Below are positions 53,300 to 64,000 of a DNA stretch of 64,000 bases, piece by piece; position 1 is the first letter of the stretch, and each line of letters opens with the position of its first letter. The notes under the pieces were generated by a model that worked only from the letters and a program-made list of their open reading frames with translations, did not search any database and had not been told where the DNA came from. The stretch comes from Antedon mediterranea (taxonomy: Eukaryota > Animalia > Echinodermata). The stretch covers positions 12,820,771-12,884,770 of the forward strand of contig NC_092676.1 of the NCBI RefSeq assembly GCF_964355755.1, written 5' to 3'. Position numbers and translations under genes: made by a program.

Positions 53300-56200
53300 A
53301 CTTTTCACACAAAACATCAAAGTGTACAAAATAGCTTCAAATCGCATTTGGAGACGTTTTAGACCATTTTGTGCATTTCGATGAAACTTGGTTACACAAA
53401 AACATCAAAGTGCTTAAAATCACATTTGAAACCGTTTTAGACCATTTTGAGCATTTCGATAAAACTTTTCACACAAAAAAATCAAAGTGCACAAAATAGC
53501 TTCAAATCGCATTTGGGGACGTTTTAGACTATTTTGTGCATTTCGAAAAAAATTGTTAACATAAAAAGACCAAAGTGTTTAGAATATCTCCAAATCGCAT
53601 TTGGAGACGTTTTAAACCATTTTGTGCATTTCGATGGAACTTGGTTACACAAAAACATCAAAGTGCTTAAAATCACATTTAAAACCGTTTTAGAGCATTT
53701 TTAGCATTTCGATAAAACTTTTCACACAAAAACATCAAAGTGTACAAAATAGCTTCAAATCGCATTTAGAGAGGTTTTAGACAATTTTGTGCATTTCGAT
53801 AAAACTTTTCACACAAAAACATCAAAGTGTACAAAATAGCTTCAAATTGCATTTAGAGACGTTTTAGACCATTTTGTGCATTTCGATAAAACTTTTCACA
53901 CAAAAACATAAAATTGCACAAAATCGTTTTAAACCATTTTAAATCGTTTTAAACCATTTTGAGCATGTCGATAAAACTTTTCACAAAAAACATCAAAGTG
54001 CACAGAATAGCTTCAAATTGCATTTGGAGACGTTTTAGAGCATTTTGTGCATTTCGATAAAATGTGTTAACATAAAAAGACCAAAGTGTTTAGAATATCT
54101 TCAAATCACATTTGGAGACGTTTTAGACCATTTTTTGCATTTCGATGAAACTTGGTTACACAAAAACATCAAAGTGCTTAAAATCACATTTGAAACCGTT
54201 TTAGAGCATTTTGAGCATTTCGATAAAACTTTTCACACAAAAACATCAAAGTGTACAAAATAGCTTCAAATCGCATTTAGAGACGTTTTAGACCATTTTT
54301 TGCATTTCGATGAAACTTGGTTACACAAAAACATCAAAGTGCTTAAAATCACATTTAAAACCGTTTTAGAGCATTTTTAGCATTTCGATAAAACTTTTCA
54401 CACAAAAACATCAAAGTGTACAAAATAGCTTCAAATCGCATTTAGAGAGGTTTTAGACAATTTTGTGCATTTCGATAAAACTTTTCACACAAAAACATCA
54501 AAGTGTACAAAATAGCTTCAAATTGCATTTAGAGACGTTTTAGACCATTTTGTGCATTTCGATAAAACTTTTCACACAAAAACATCAAATTGCACAAAAT
54601 CGTTTTAAACCATTTTAAATCGTTTTAAACCATTTTGAGCATTTCGATAAAACTTTTCACAAAAAACATCAAAGTGCACAGAATAGCTTCAAATTGCATT
54701 TGGAGACGTTTTAGAGCATTTTGTGCATTTCGATAAAATGTGTTAACATAAAAGGACCAAAGTGTTTAGAATATCTTCAAATCACATTTGGAGACGTTTT
54801 AGACCATTTTTTGCATTTCGATGAAACTTGGTTACACAAAAACATCAAAGTGCTTAAAATCACATTTGAAACGGTTTTAGAGCATTTTGAGCATTTCGAT
54901 AAAACTTTTCACACAAAAACATCAAAGTGTACAAAATAGCTTCAAATCGCATTTAGAGACGTTTTAGACCATTTTGTGCATTTCGAAAAAATTTGTTAAC
55001 ATAAAAAGACCAAAGTGTTTAGAATATCTCCAAATCGCATTTGGAGACGTTTTAGACCATTTTGTGCATTTCGATGAAACTTGGTTACACAAAAACATCA
55101 AAGTGCTTAAAATCACATTTGAAACCGTTTTAGAGCATTTTTAGCATTTCGATAATACTTTTCACACAAAAACATCAAAGTGTACAAAATAGCTTCAAAT
55201 CGCATTTGGAGACGTTTTAGACCATTTTGTGCATTTCGATGAAACTTGGTTACACAAAAACATCAAAGTGCTTAAAATCACATTTGAAACCGTTTTAGAC
55301 CATTTTGAGCATTTCGATAAAACTTTTCACACAAAAAAATCAAAGTGCACAAAATAGCTTCAAATCGCATTTGGAGACGTTTTAGACTATTTTGTGCATT
55401 TTGAAAAAATTTGTTAACATAAAAAGACCAAAGTGTTTAGAATATCTCCAAATCGCATTTGGAGACGTTTTAAACCATTTTGTGCATTTCGATGGAACTT
55501 GGTTACACAAAAACATCAAAGTGCTTAAAATCACATTTAAAACCGTTTTAGAGCATTTTGAGCATTTCGATAAAACTTTTCACACAAAAACATCAAAGTG
55601 TACAAAATAGCTTCAAATCGCATTTAGAGACGTTTTAGACCATTTTGTGCATTTCGATAAAACTTTTCACACAAAAACATCAAATTGCACAAATAGCTTA
55701 ATACCGTGTTTGAAATCGTTTTAAACCATTTTGAGCATGTCGATAAAACTTTTCACAAAAAAACATCAAAGTGCACAGAATAGCTTCAAATCGCATTTGG
55801 AGACGTTTTAAACCATTTTGTGCATTTCGATAAAACTTTTCACATAAAAACAACAAAGTGTACAAAATAGCTTCAAATCGCATTTGGAGACGTTTTAGAC
55901 CATTTTGTGCATTTCGATGAAACTCATCAAAGTGCTTAAAATCACATTTGAAACCGTTTTAGAGCATTTTGAGCATTTCGATAAAACTTTTCACACAAAA
56001 ACATCAAAGTGTACAAAATAGCTTCAAATCACATTTGAAACCGTTTTAGACCATATTGAGCATTTCGATAAAACTTTTCACACAAAAACATCAAAGTGTA
56101 CAAAATAGCTTCAAATCGCATTTGGAGACGTTTTAGACCATTTTGTGTATTTCGATGAAACTTGGTTACACAAAAACATCAAAGTGCTTAAAATCACATT

Positions 56201-59200
56201 TGAAAGCGTTTTAGAGCATTTTTAGCATTTCGATAATACTTTTCACACAAAAACATCAAAGTGTACAAAATAGCTTCAAATCGCATTTGGAGACGTTTTA
56301 GACCATTTTGTGCATTTCGATGAAACTTGGTTACACAAAAACATCAAAGTGCTTAAAATCACATTTAAAACAGTTTTAGAGCATTTTGAGCATTTCGATA
56401 AAACTTTTCACACAAAAACATCAAAGTGTACAAAATAGCTTCAAATCGCATTTAAAGAGGTTTTAGACCATTTTGTGCATTTCGATAAAACTTTTCACAC
56501 AAAAACATCAAAGTGTACAAAATAGCTTCAAATCGCATTTAGAGACGTTTTAGACCATCTTGTGCATTTCGATAAAACTTTTCACACAAAAACATCAAAT
56601 TGCACAAAATAGCTTAATATCGTGTTTGAAAACGTTTTAAACCATTTTGAGCATGTCGATAAAACTTTTCACACAAAAATATCAAAGTGCACAGAATATC
56701 TTCAAATCGCATTTAGAGACGTTTTAGACCATTTTGTGCATTTCGAAAAAATTTGTTAACATAAAAAGACCAAAGTGTTTAGAATATCTCCAAATCGCAT
56801 TTGGAGACGTTTTAGACCATTTTGTGCATTTCAATGAAACTTGGTTACACAAAAACATCAAAGTGCTTAAAATCACATTTGAAACCGTTTTAGAGCATTT
56901 TTAGCATTTCGATAATACTTTTCACACAAAAACATCAAAGTGTACAAAATAGCTTCAAATCGCATTTAGAGAGGTTTTAGACCATTTTGTGCATTTCGAT
57001 AAAACTTTTCACACAAAAACATCAAAGTGTACAAAATAGCTTCAAATCGCATTTAGAGACGTTTTAGACCATTTTGTGCATTTCGATAAAACTTTTCACA
57101 CAAAAACATCAAATTGCACAAAATAGCTTAATACCGTGTTTGAAATCGTTTTAAACCATTTTGAGCATGTCGATAAAACTTTTCACAAAAAAACATCAAA
57201 GTGCACAGAATAGCTTCAAATCGCATTTGGAGACGTTTTAAACCATTTTGAGCATTTCGATAAAACTTTTCACACAAAAACATCAAAGTGTACAAAATAG
57301 CTTCAAATCGCATTTGGAGACGTTTTAGACCATTTTGTGTATTTCGATGAAACTTGGTTACACAAAAACATCAAAGTGCTTAAAATCACATTTGAAAGCG
57401 TTTTAGAGCATTTTTAGCATTTCGATAATACTTTTCACACAAAAACATCAAAGTGTACAAAATAGCTTCAAATCGCATTTGGAGACGTTTTAGACCATTT
57501 TGTGCATTTCGATGAAACTTGGTTACACAAAAACATCAAAGTGCTTAAAATCACATTTAAAACAGTTTTAGAGCATTTTGAGCATTTCGATAAAACTTTT
57601 CACACAAAAACATCAAAGTGTACAAAATAGCTTCAAATCGCATTTAAAGAGGTTTTAGACCATTTTGTGCATTTCGATAAAACTTTTCACACAAAAACAT
57701 CAAAGTGTACAAAATAGCTTCAAATCGCATTTAGAGACGTTTTAGACCATCTTGTGCATTTCGATAAAACTTTTCACACAAAAACATCAAATTGCACAAA
57801 ATAGCTTAATATCGTGTTTGAAAACGTTTTAAACCATTTTGAGCATGTCGATAAAACTTTTCACACAAAAATATCAAAGTGCACAGAATATCTTCAAATC
57901 GCATTTAGAGACGTTTTAGACCATTTTGTGCATTTCGAAAAAATTTGTTAACATAAAAAGACCAAAGTGTTTAGAATATCTCCAAATCGCATTTGGAGAC
58001 GTTTTAGACCATTTTGTGCATTTCAATGAAACTTGGTTACACAAAAACATCAAAGTGCTTAAAATCACATTTGAAACCGTTTTAGAGCATTTTTAGCATT
58101 TCGATAATACTTTTCACACAAAAACATCAAAGTGTACAAAATAGCTTCAAATCGCATTTAGAGAGGTTTTAGACCATTTTGTGCATTTCGATAAAACTTT
58201 TCACACAAAAACATCAAAGTGTACAAAATAGCTTCAAATCGCATTTAGAGACGTTTTAGACCATTTTGTGCATTTCGATAAAACTTTTCACACAAAAACA
58301 TCAAATTGCACAAAATAGCTTAATACCGTGTTTGAAATCGTTTTAAACCATTTTGAGCATGTCGATAAAACTTTTCACAAAAAAACATCAAAGTGCACAG
58401 AATAGCTTCAAATCGCATTTGGAGACGTTTTAAACCATTTTGAGCATTTCGATAAAACTTTTCACACAAAAACATCAAAGTGTACAAAATAGCTTCAAAT
58501 CGCATTTAGAGAGGTTTTAGACCATTTTGTGCATTTCGATAAAACTTTTCACACAAAAACATCAAATTGCACAAAATAGCTTAATATCGTGTTTGAAAAC
58601 GTTTTAAACCATTTTGAGCATGTCGATAAAACTTTTCACACAAAAATATCAAAGCGCACAGAATATCTTCAAATCGCATTTAGAGACGTTTTAGACCATT
58701 TTGTGCATTTCGAAAAAATTTGTTAACATAAAAAGACCAAAGTGTTTAGAATATCTCCAAATCGCATTTGGAGACGTTTTAGACCATTTTGTGCATTTCG
58801 ATGAAACTTGATTACACAAAAACATCAAAGTGCTTAAAATCACATTTAAAACCGTTTTAGAGCGTTTTGAGCATTTCGATAAACTTTTCACACAAAAACA
58901 TCAAAGTGCACAAAATAGCTTCAAATCGCATTTAGAGATGTTTTAGACCATTTTGTGCATTTCGATAAAACTTTTCACACAAAAACATCAAATTGCACAA
59001 AATAGCTTAATATCGTGTTTGAAATCGTTTTAAACCATTTTGAGCATGTCGATAAAACTTTTCACACAAAAACATCAAAGTGCACAGAATATCTTCAAAT
59101 CGCATTTAGAGACGTTTTAGACCATTTTGTGCATTTCGAAAAAATTTGTTAACATAAAAAGACCAAAGTGTTTAGAATATCTCCAAATCGCATTTGGAGA

Positions 59201-62200
59201 CGTTTTAGACCATTTTGTGCATTTCGATGAAACTTGGTTACACAAAAACATCAAAGTGCTTAAAATCACATTTGAAACCGTTTTAGAGCATTTTGAGCAT
59301 TTCGATAAAACTTTTCACACAAAAACATCAAAGTGTACAAAATAGCTTCAAATCACATTTGAAACCGTTTTAGACCATTTTGAGCATTTCGATAAAACTT
59401 TTCACACAAAAACATCAAAGTGTACAAAATAGCTTCAAATCGCATTTGGAGACGTTTTAGACCATTTTGTGCATTTCGATGAAACTTGGTTACACAAAAA
59501 CATCAAAGTGCTTAAAATCACATTTGAAACCGTTTTAGACCATTTTGAGCATTTCGATAAAACTTTTCACACAAAAAAATCAAAGTGCACAAAATAGCTT
59601 CAAATCGCATTTGGAGACGTTTTAGACTATTTTGTGCATTTCGAAAAAATTTGTTAACATAAAAAGACCAAAGTGTTTAGAATATCTCCAAATCGCATTT
59701 GGAGACGTTTTAAACCATTTTGTGCATTTCGATGGAACTTGGTTACACAAAAACATCAAAGTGCTTAAAATCACATTTAAAACCGTTTTAGAGCATTTTG
59801 AGCATTTCGATAAAACTTTTCACACAAAAACATCAAAGTGTACAAAATAGCTTCAAATCGCATTTAGAGACGTTTTAGACCATTTTGTGCATTTTGATAA
59901 AACTTTTCACACAAAAACATCAAATTGCACAAAATAGCTTAATATTGTGTTTGAAAACGTTTTAAACCATTTTGAGCATGTCGATAAAACTTTTCACACA
60001 AAAATATCAAAGTGCCCAGAATATCTTCAAATCGCATTTAGAGACGTTTTAGACCATTTTGTGCATTTCGAAAAAATTTGTTAACATAAAAAGACCAAAG
60101 TGTTTAGATTATCTCCAAATCGCATTTGGAGACGTTTTAGACCATTTTGTGTTTTTCGAAAAAACTTTTCACACAAAAACATCAAAGTGTACAAAATTGC
60201 TTCAAATCGCATTTAGAGAGGTTTTAGACCATTTTGTGCATTTCGATAAAACTTTTCACACAAAAACATCAAAGTGCACAGAATATCTTAATACCGTGTC
60301 TGAAATCGTTTTAAACCATTTTGAGCATGTCGATAAAACTTTTCACACAAAAACATCAAAGTGCACAGAATATCTTCAAATCGCATTTAGAGACGTTTTA
60401 GACCATTTTGTGCATTTCGATGAAACTTGGTTACACAAAAACATCAAAGTGCTTAAAATCACATTTGAAACCGTTTTAGAGCATTTTTAGCATTTCGATA
60501 ATACTTTTCACACAAAAACATCAAAGTGTACAAAATAGCTTCAAATCGCATTTGGAGACGTTTTAGACCATTTTGTGCATTTCGATGAAACTTGGTTACA
60601 CAAAAACATCAAAGTGCTTAAAATCACATTTGAAACCGTTTTAGACCATTTTGAGCATTTCGATAAAACTTTTCACACAAAAAAATCAAAGTGCACAAAA
60701 TAGCTTCAAATCGCATTTGGGGACGTTTTAGACTATTTTGTGCATTTCGAAAAAAATTGTTAACATAAAAAGACCAAAGTGTTTAGAATATCTCCAAATC
60801 GCATTTGGAGACGTTTTAAACCATTTTGTGCATTTCGATGGAACTTGGTTACACAAAAACATAAAAGTGCTTAAAATCACATTTAAAACCGTTTTAGAGC
60901 ATTTTTAGCATTTCGATAAAACTTTTCACACAAAAACATCAAAGTGTACAAAATAGCTTCAAATCGCATTTAGAGAGGTTTTAGACAATTTTGTGCATTT
61001 CGATAAAACTTTTCACACAAAAACATCAAAGTGTACAAAATAGCTTCAAATTGCATTTAGAGACGTTTTAGACCATTTTGTGCATTTCGATAAAACTTTT
61101 CACACAAAAACATAAAATTGCACAAAATCGTTTTAAACCATTTTAAATCGTTTTAAACCATTTTGAGCATGTCGATAAAACTTTTCACAAAAAACATCAA
61201 AGTGCACAGAATAGCTTCAAATTGCATTTGGAGACGTTTTAGAGCATTTTGTGCATTTCGATAAAATGTGTTAACATAAAAAGACCAAAGTGTTTAGAAT
61301 ATCTTCAAATCACATTTGGAGACGTTTTAGACCATTTTTTGCATTTCGATGAAACTTGGTTACACAAAAACATCAAAGTGCTTAAAATCACATTTGAAAC
61401 CGTTTTAGAGCATTTTGAGCATTTCGATAAAACTTTTCACACAAAAACATCAAAGTGTACAAAATAGCTTCAAATCGCATTTAGAGACGTTTTAGACCAT
61501 TTTTTGCATTTCGATGAAACTTGGTTACACAAAAACATCAAAGTGCTTAAAATCACATTTAAAACCGTTTTAGAGCATTTTTAGCATTTCGATAAAACTT
61601 TTCACACAAAAACATCAAAGTGTACAAAATAGCTTCAAATCGCATTTAGAGAGGTTTTAGACAATTTTGTGCATTTCGATAAAACTTTTCACACAAAAAC
61701 ATCAAAGTGTACAAAATAGCTTCAAATTGCATTTAGAGACGTTTTAGACCATTTTGTGCATTTCGATAAAACTTTTCACACAAAAACATCAAATTGCACA
61801 AAATCGTTTTAAACCATTTTAAATCGTTTTAAACCATTTTGAGCATTTCGATAAAACTTTTCACAAAAAACATCAAAGTGCACAGAATAGCTTCAAATTG
61901 CATTTGGAGACGTTTTAGAGCATTTTGTGCATTTCGATAAAATGTGTTAACATAAAAAGACCAAAGTGTTTAGAATATCTTCAAATCACATTTGGAGACG
62001 TTTTAGACCATTTTTTGCATTTCGATGAAACTTGGTTACACAAAAAAATCAAAGTGCTTAAAATCACATTTGAAACCGTTTTAGAGCATTTTGAGCATTT
62101 CGATAAAACTTTTCACACAAAAACATCAAAGTGTACAAAATAGCTTCAAATCGCATTTAGAGACGTTTTAGACCATTTTGTGCATTTCGAAAAAATTTGT

Positions 62201-64000
62201 TAACATAAAAAGACCAAAGTGTTTAGAATATCTCCAAATCGCATTTGGAGACGTTTTAGACCATTTTGTGCATTTCGATGAAACTTGGTTACACAAAAAC
62301 ATCAAAGTGCTTAAAATCACATTTGAAACCGTTTTAGAGCATTTTTAGCATTTCGATAATACTTTTCACACAAAAACATCAAAGTGTACAAAATAGCTTC
62401 AAATCGCATTTGGAGACGTTTTAGACCATTTTGTGCATTTCGATGAAACTTGGTTACACAAAAACATCAAAGTGCTTAAAATCACATTTGAAACCGTTTT
62501 AGACCATTTTGAGCATTTCGATAAAACTTTTCACACAAAAAAATCAAAGTGCACAAAATAGCTTCAAATCGCATTTGGAGACGTTTTAGACTATTTTGTG
62601 CATTTTGAAAAAATTTGTTAACATAAAAAGACCAAAGTGTTTAGAATATCTCCAAATCGCATTTGGAGACGTTTTAAACCATTTTGTGCATTTCGATGGA
62701 ACTTGGTTACACAAAAACATCAAAGTGCTTAAAATCACATTTAAAACCGTTTTAGAGCATTTTGAGCATTTCGATAAAACTTTTCACACAAAAACATCAA
62801 AGTGTACAAAATAGCTTCAAATCGCATTTAGAGACGTTTTAGACCATTTTGTGCATTTCGATAAAACTTTTCACACAAAAACATCAAATTGCACAAATAG
62901 CTTAATACCGTGTTTGAAATCGTTTTAAACCATTTTGAGCATGTCGATAAAACTTTTCACAAAAAAACATCAAAGTGCACAGAATAGCTTCAAATCGCAT
63001 TTGGAGACGTTTTAAACCATTTTGTGCATTTCGATAAAACTTTTCACATAAAAACAACAAAGTGTACAAAATAGCTTCAAATCGCATTTGGAGACGTTTT
63101 AGACCATTTTGTGCATTTCGATGAAACTCATCAAAGTGCTTAAAATCACATTTGAAACCGTTTTAGAGCATTTTGAGCATTTCGATAAAACTTTTCACAC
63201 AAAAACATCAAAGTGTACAAAATAGCTTCAAATCACATTTGAAACCGTTTTAGACCATATTGAGCATTTCGATAAAACTTTTCACACAAAAACATCAAAG
63301 TGTACAAAATAGCTTCAAATCGCATTTGGAGACGTTTTAGACCATTTTGTGTATTTCGATGAAACTTGGTTACACAAAAACATCAAAGTGCTTAAAATCA
63401 CATTTGAAAGCGTTTTAGAGCATTTTTAGCATTTCGATAATACTTTTCACACAAAAACATCAAAGTGTACAAAATAGCTTCAAATCGCATTTGGAGACGT
63501 TTTAGACCATTTTGTGCATTTCGATGAAACTTGGTTACACAAAAACATCAAAGTGCTTAAAATCACATTTAAAACAGTTTTAGAGCATTTTGAGCATTTC
63601 GATAAAACTTTTCACACAAAAACATCAAAGTGTACAAAATAGCTTCAAATCGCATTTAAAGAGGATTTAGACCATTTTGTGCATTTCGATAAAACTTTTC
63701 ACACAAAAACATCAAAGTGTACAAAATAGCTTCAAATCGCATTTAGAGACGTTTTAGACCATCTTGTGCATTTCGATAAAACTTTTCACACAAAAACATC
63801 AAATTGCACAAAATAGCTTAATATCGTGTTTGAAAACGTTTTAAACCATTTTGAGCATGTCGATAAAACTTTTCACACAAAAATATCAAAGTGCACAGAA
63901 TATCTTCAAATCGCATTTAGAGACGTTTTAGACCATTTTGTGCATTTCGAAAAAATTTGTTAACATAAAAAGACCAAAGTGTTTAGAATATCTCCAAATC
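53300..64000 (+). repeat. ~7.2-kb higher-order unit, repeated at offset 7204
   Basis: 54045->61249, 54721->61925, 55392->62596 and 55698->62902 = 7204; the 14-bp deletion marker is at ~55924 and ~63128. Confidence 0.87.
56060..58500 (+). repeat. Tandem duplication, 1192-bp period
   Basis: 57128->58320 = 1192; rare markers gtgtatttcg, aaaacagtttt, tttaaagagg, gaccatcttg and tttcaatgaa each appear twice. Confidence 0.88.

Larger units (their letters stand above)
1..64000 (+). repeat. Tandem satellite DNA array of ~78-88 bp monomers (roughly 750 monomers, from 64000/~85), all in one orientation; likely (peri)centromeric or heterochromatic
   Basis: The motifs catcaaagtg, cgttttagaccattttgtgcatttcga and aaaacttttcacac recur every 78-88 bp from base 1 to 64000 with no unique sequence. 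The array extends beyond both window ends. Confidence 0.99.
48160..64000 (+). repeat. Large segmental copy of the ~0.45-20 kb part of the window
   Basis: Collinear ORF offsets 47708 (840, 1189, 2773, 3977, 5133), 42627 (11418-14501), 43819 (14501-16240) and 42375 (17684, 18874); private SNPs such as ggatac (~2023/~49731) are shared. Confidence 0.88.

Noticed and set aside
840-63087. Over 100 short ORFs (61-143 aa) with repeated motifs such as KTFHTKTSKCTK and FGDVLDHF
   Set aside because: They are translations of the satellite. The 87- and 78-bp units are multiples of 3, so frames stay open by chance. Most start at TTG/GTG, they overlap in several frames and both strands, and homologous copies are freely broken by stops and frameshifts.
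1-64000. CRISPR array (partly palindromic repeats at regular spacing)
   Set aside because: The sequence between conserved motifs is itself repeated rather than unique spacers, and there are no cas genes or leader.
1-64000. Integron attC cassette array or diversity-generating cassette locus
   Set aside because: There is no cargo between the palindromic units and no integrase or reverse transcriptase; variation is by SNPs and indels inherited in blocks.
1-64000. Tandem tRNA, 5S or snRNA gene cluster (78-88 bp units)
   Set aside because: No cloverleaf, no recognisable A/B boxes, very AT-rich, and internal T4 runs would terminate Pol III.
1-64000. Assignment to a known satellite (primate alpha, mouse minor, Arabidopsis CEN178) or to an organism
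   Set aside because: I do not recognise the consensus as any of these; a database search is required.

Overview
The whole 64 kb window is one uninterrupted, head-to-tail, AT-rich satellite DNA array, typical of eukaryotic (peri)centromeric heterochromatin. I see no genes, RNA genes, transposons, CRISPR array or inversions, and the listed ORFs are translations of the repeat. The basic unit is an ~87-bp monomer (e.g. 1-87: aaaacttttcacacaaaaacatcaaagtgtacaaaatagcttcaaatcgcatttggagacgttttagaccattttgtgcatttcgat) present as a few discrete families: A (87 bp), B (78 bp, gaaacttggttac...gtgcttaaaatcac), C (88 bp, aaaatttgttaacataaaaagacc), D (87 bp, ...tagcttaata(t/c)cgtgtttgaaa...gagcatgtcgat) and an A/B hybrid E. 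These are ordered non-randomly into 165-175 bp dimers and nested higher-order repeats (416, 676, 1192, 1431, 1445, 1532, 1825, 2360, 3216 and ~7200 bp, plus a ~43-50 kb segmental duplication). The most interesting signals are structural: each monomer is a degenerate palindrome built from ~10-bp phased A/T-tract subunits; some family-defining variants perfect internal stems; a rare 88-bp monomer looks like the precursor of the 78-bp family; and rare indel scars mark recombination breakpoints and date the duplications. I cannot identify the organism or show centromere function from sequence alone. Offsets come from the supplied ORF track and were spot-checked by eye; block boundaries are approximate.
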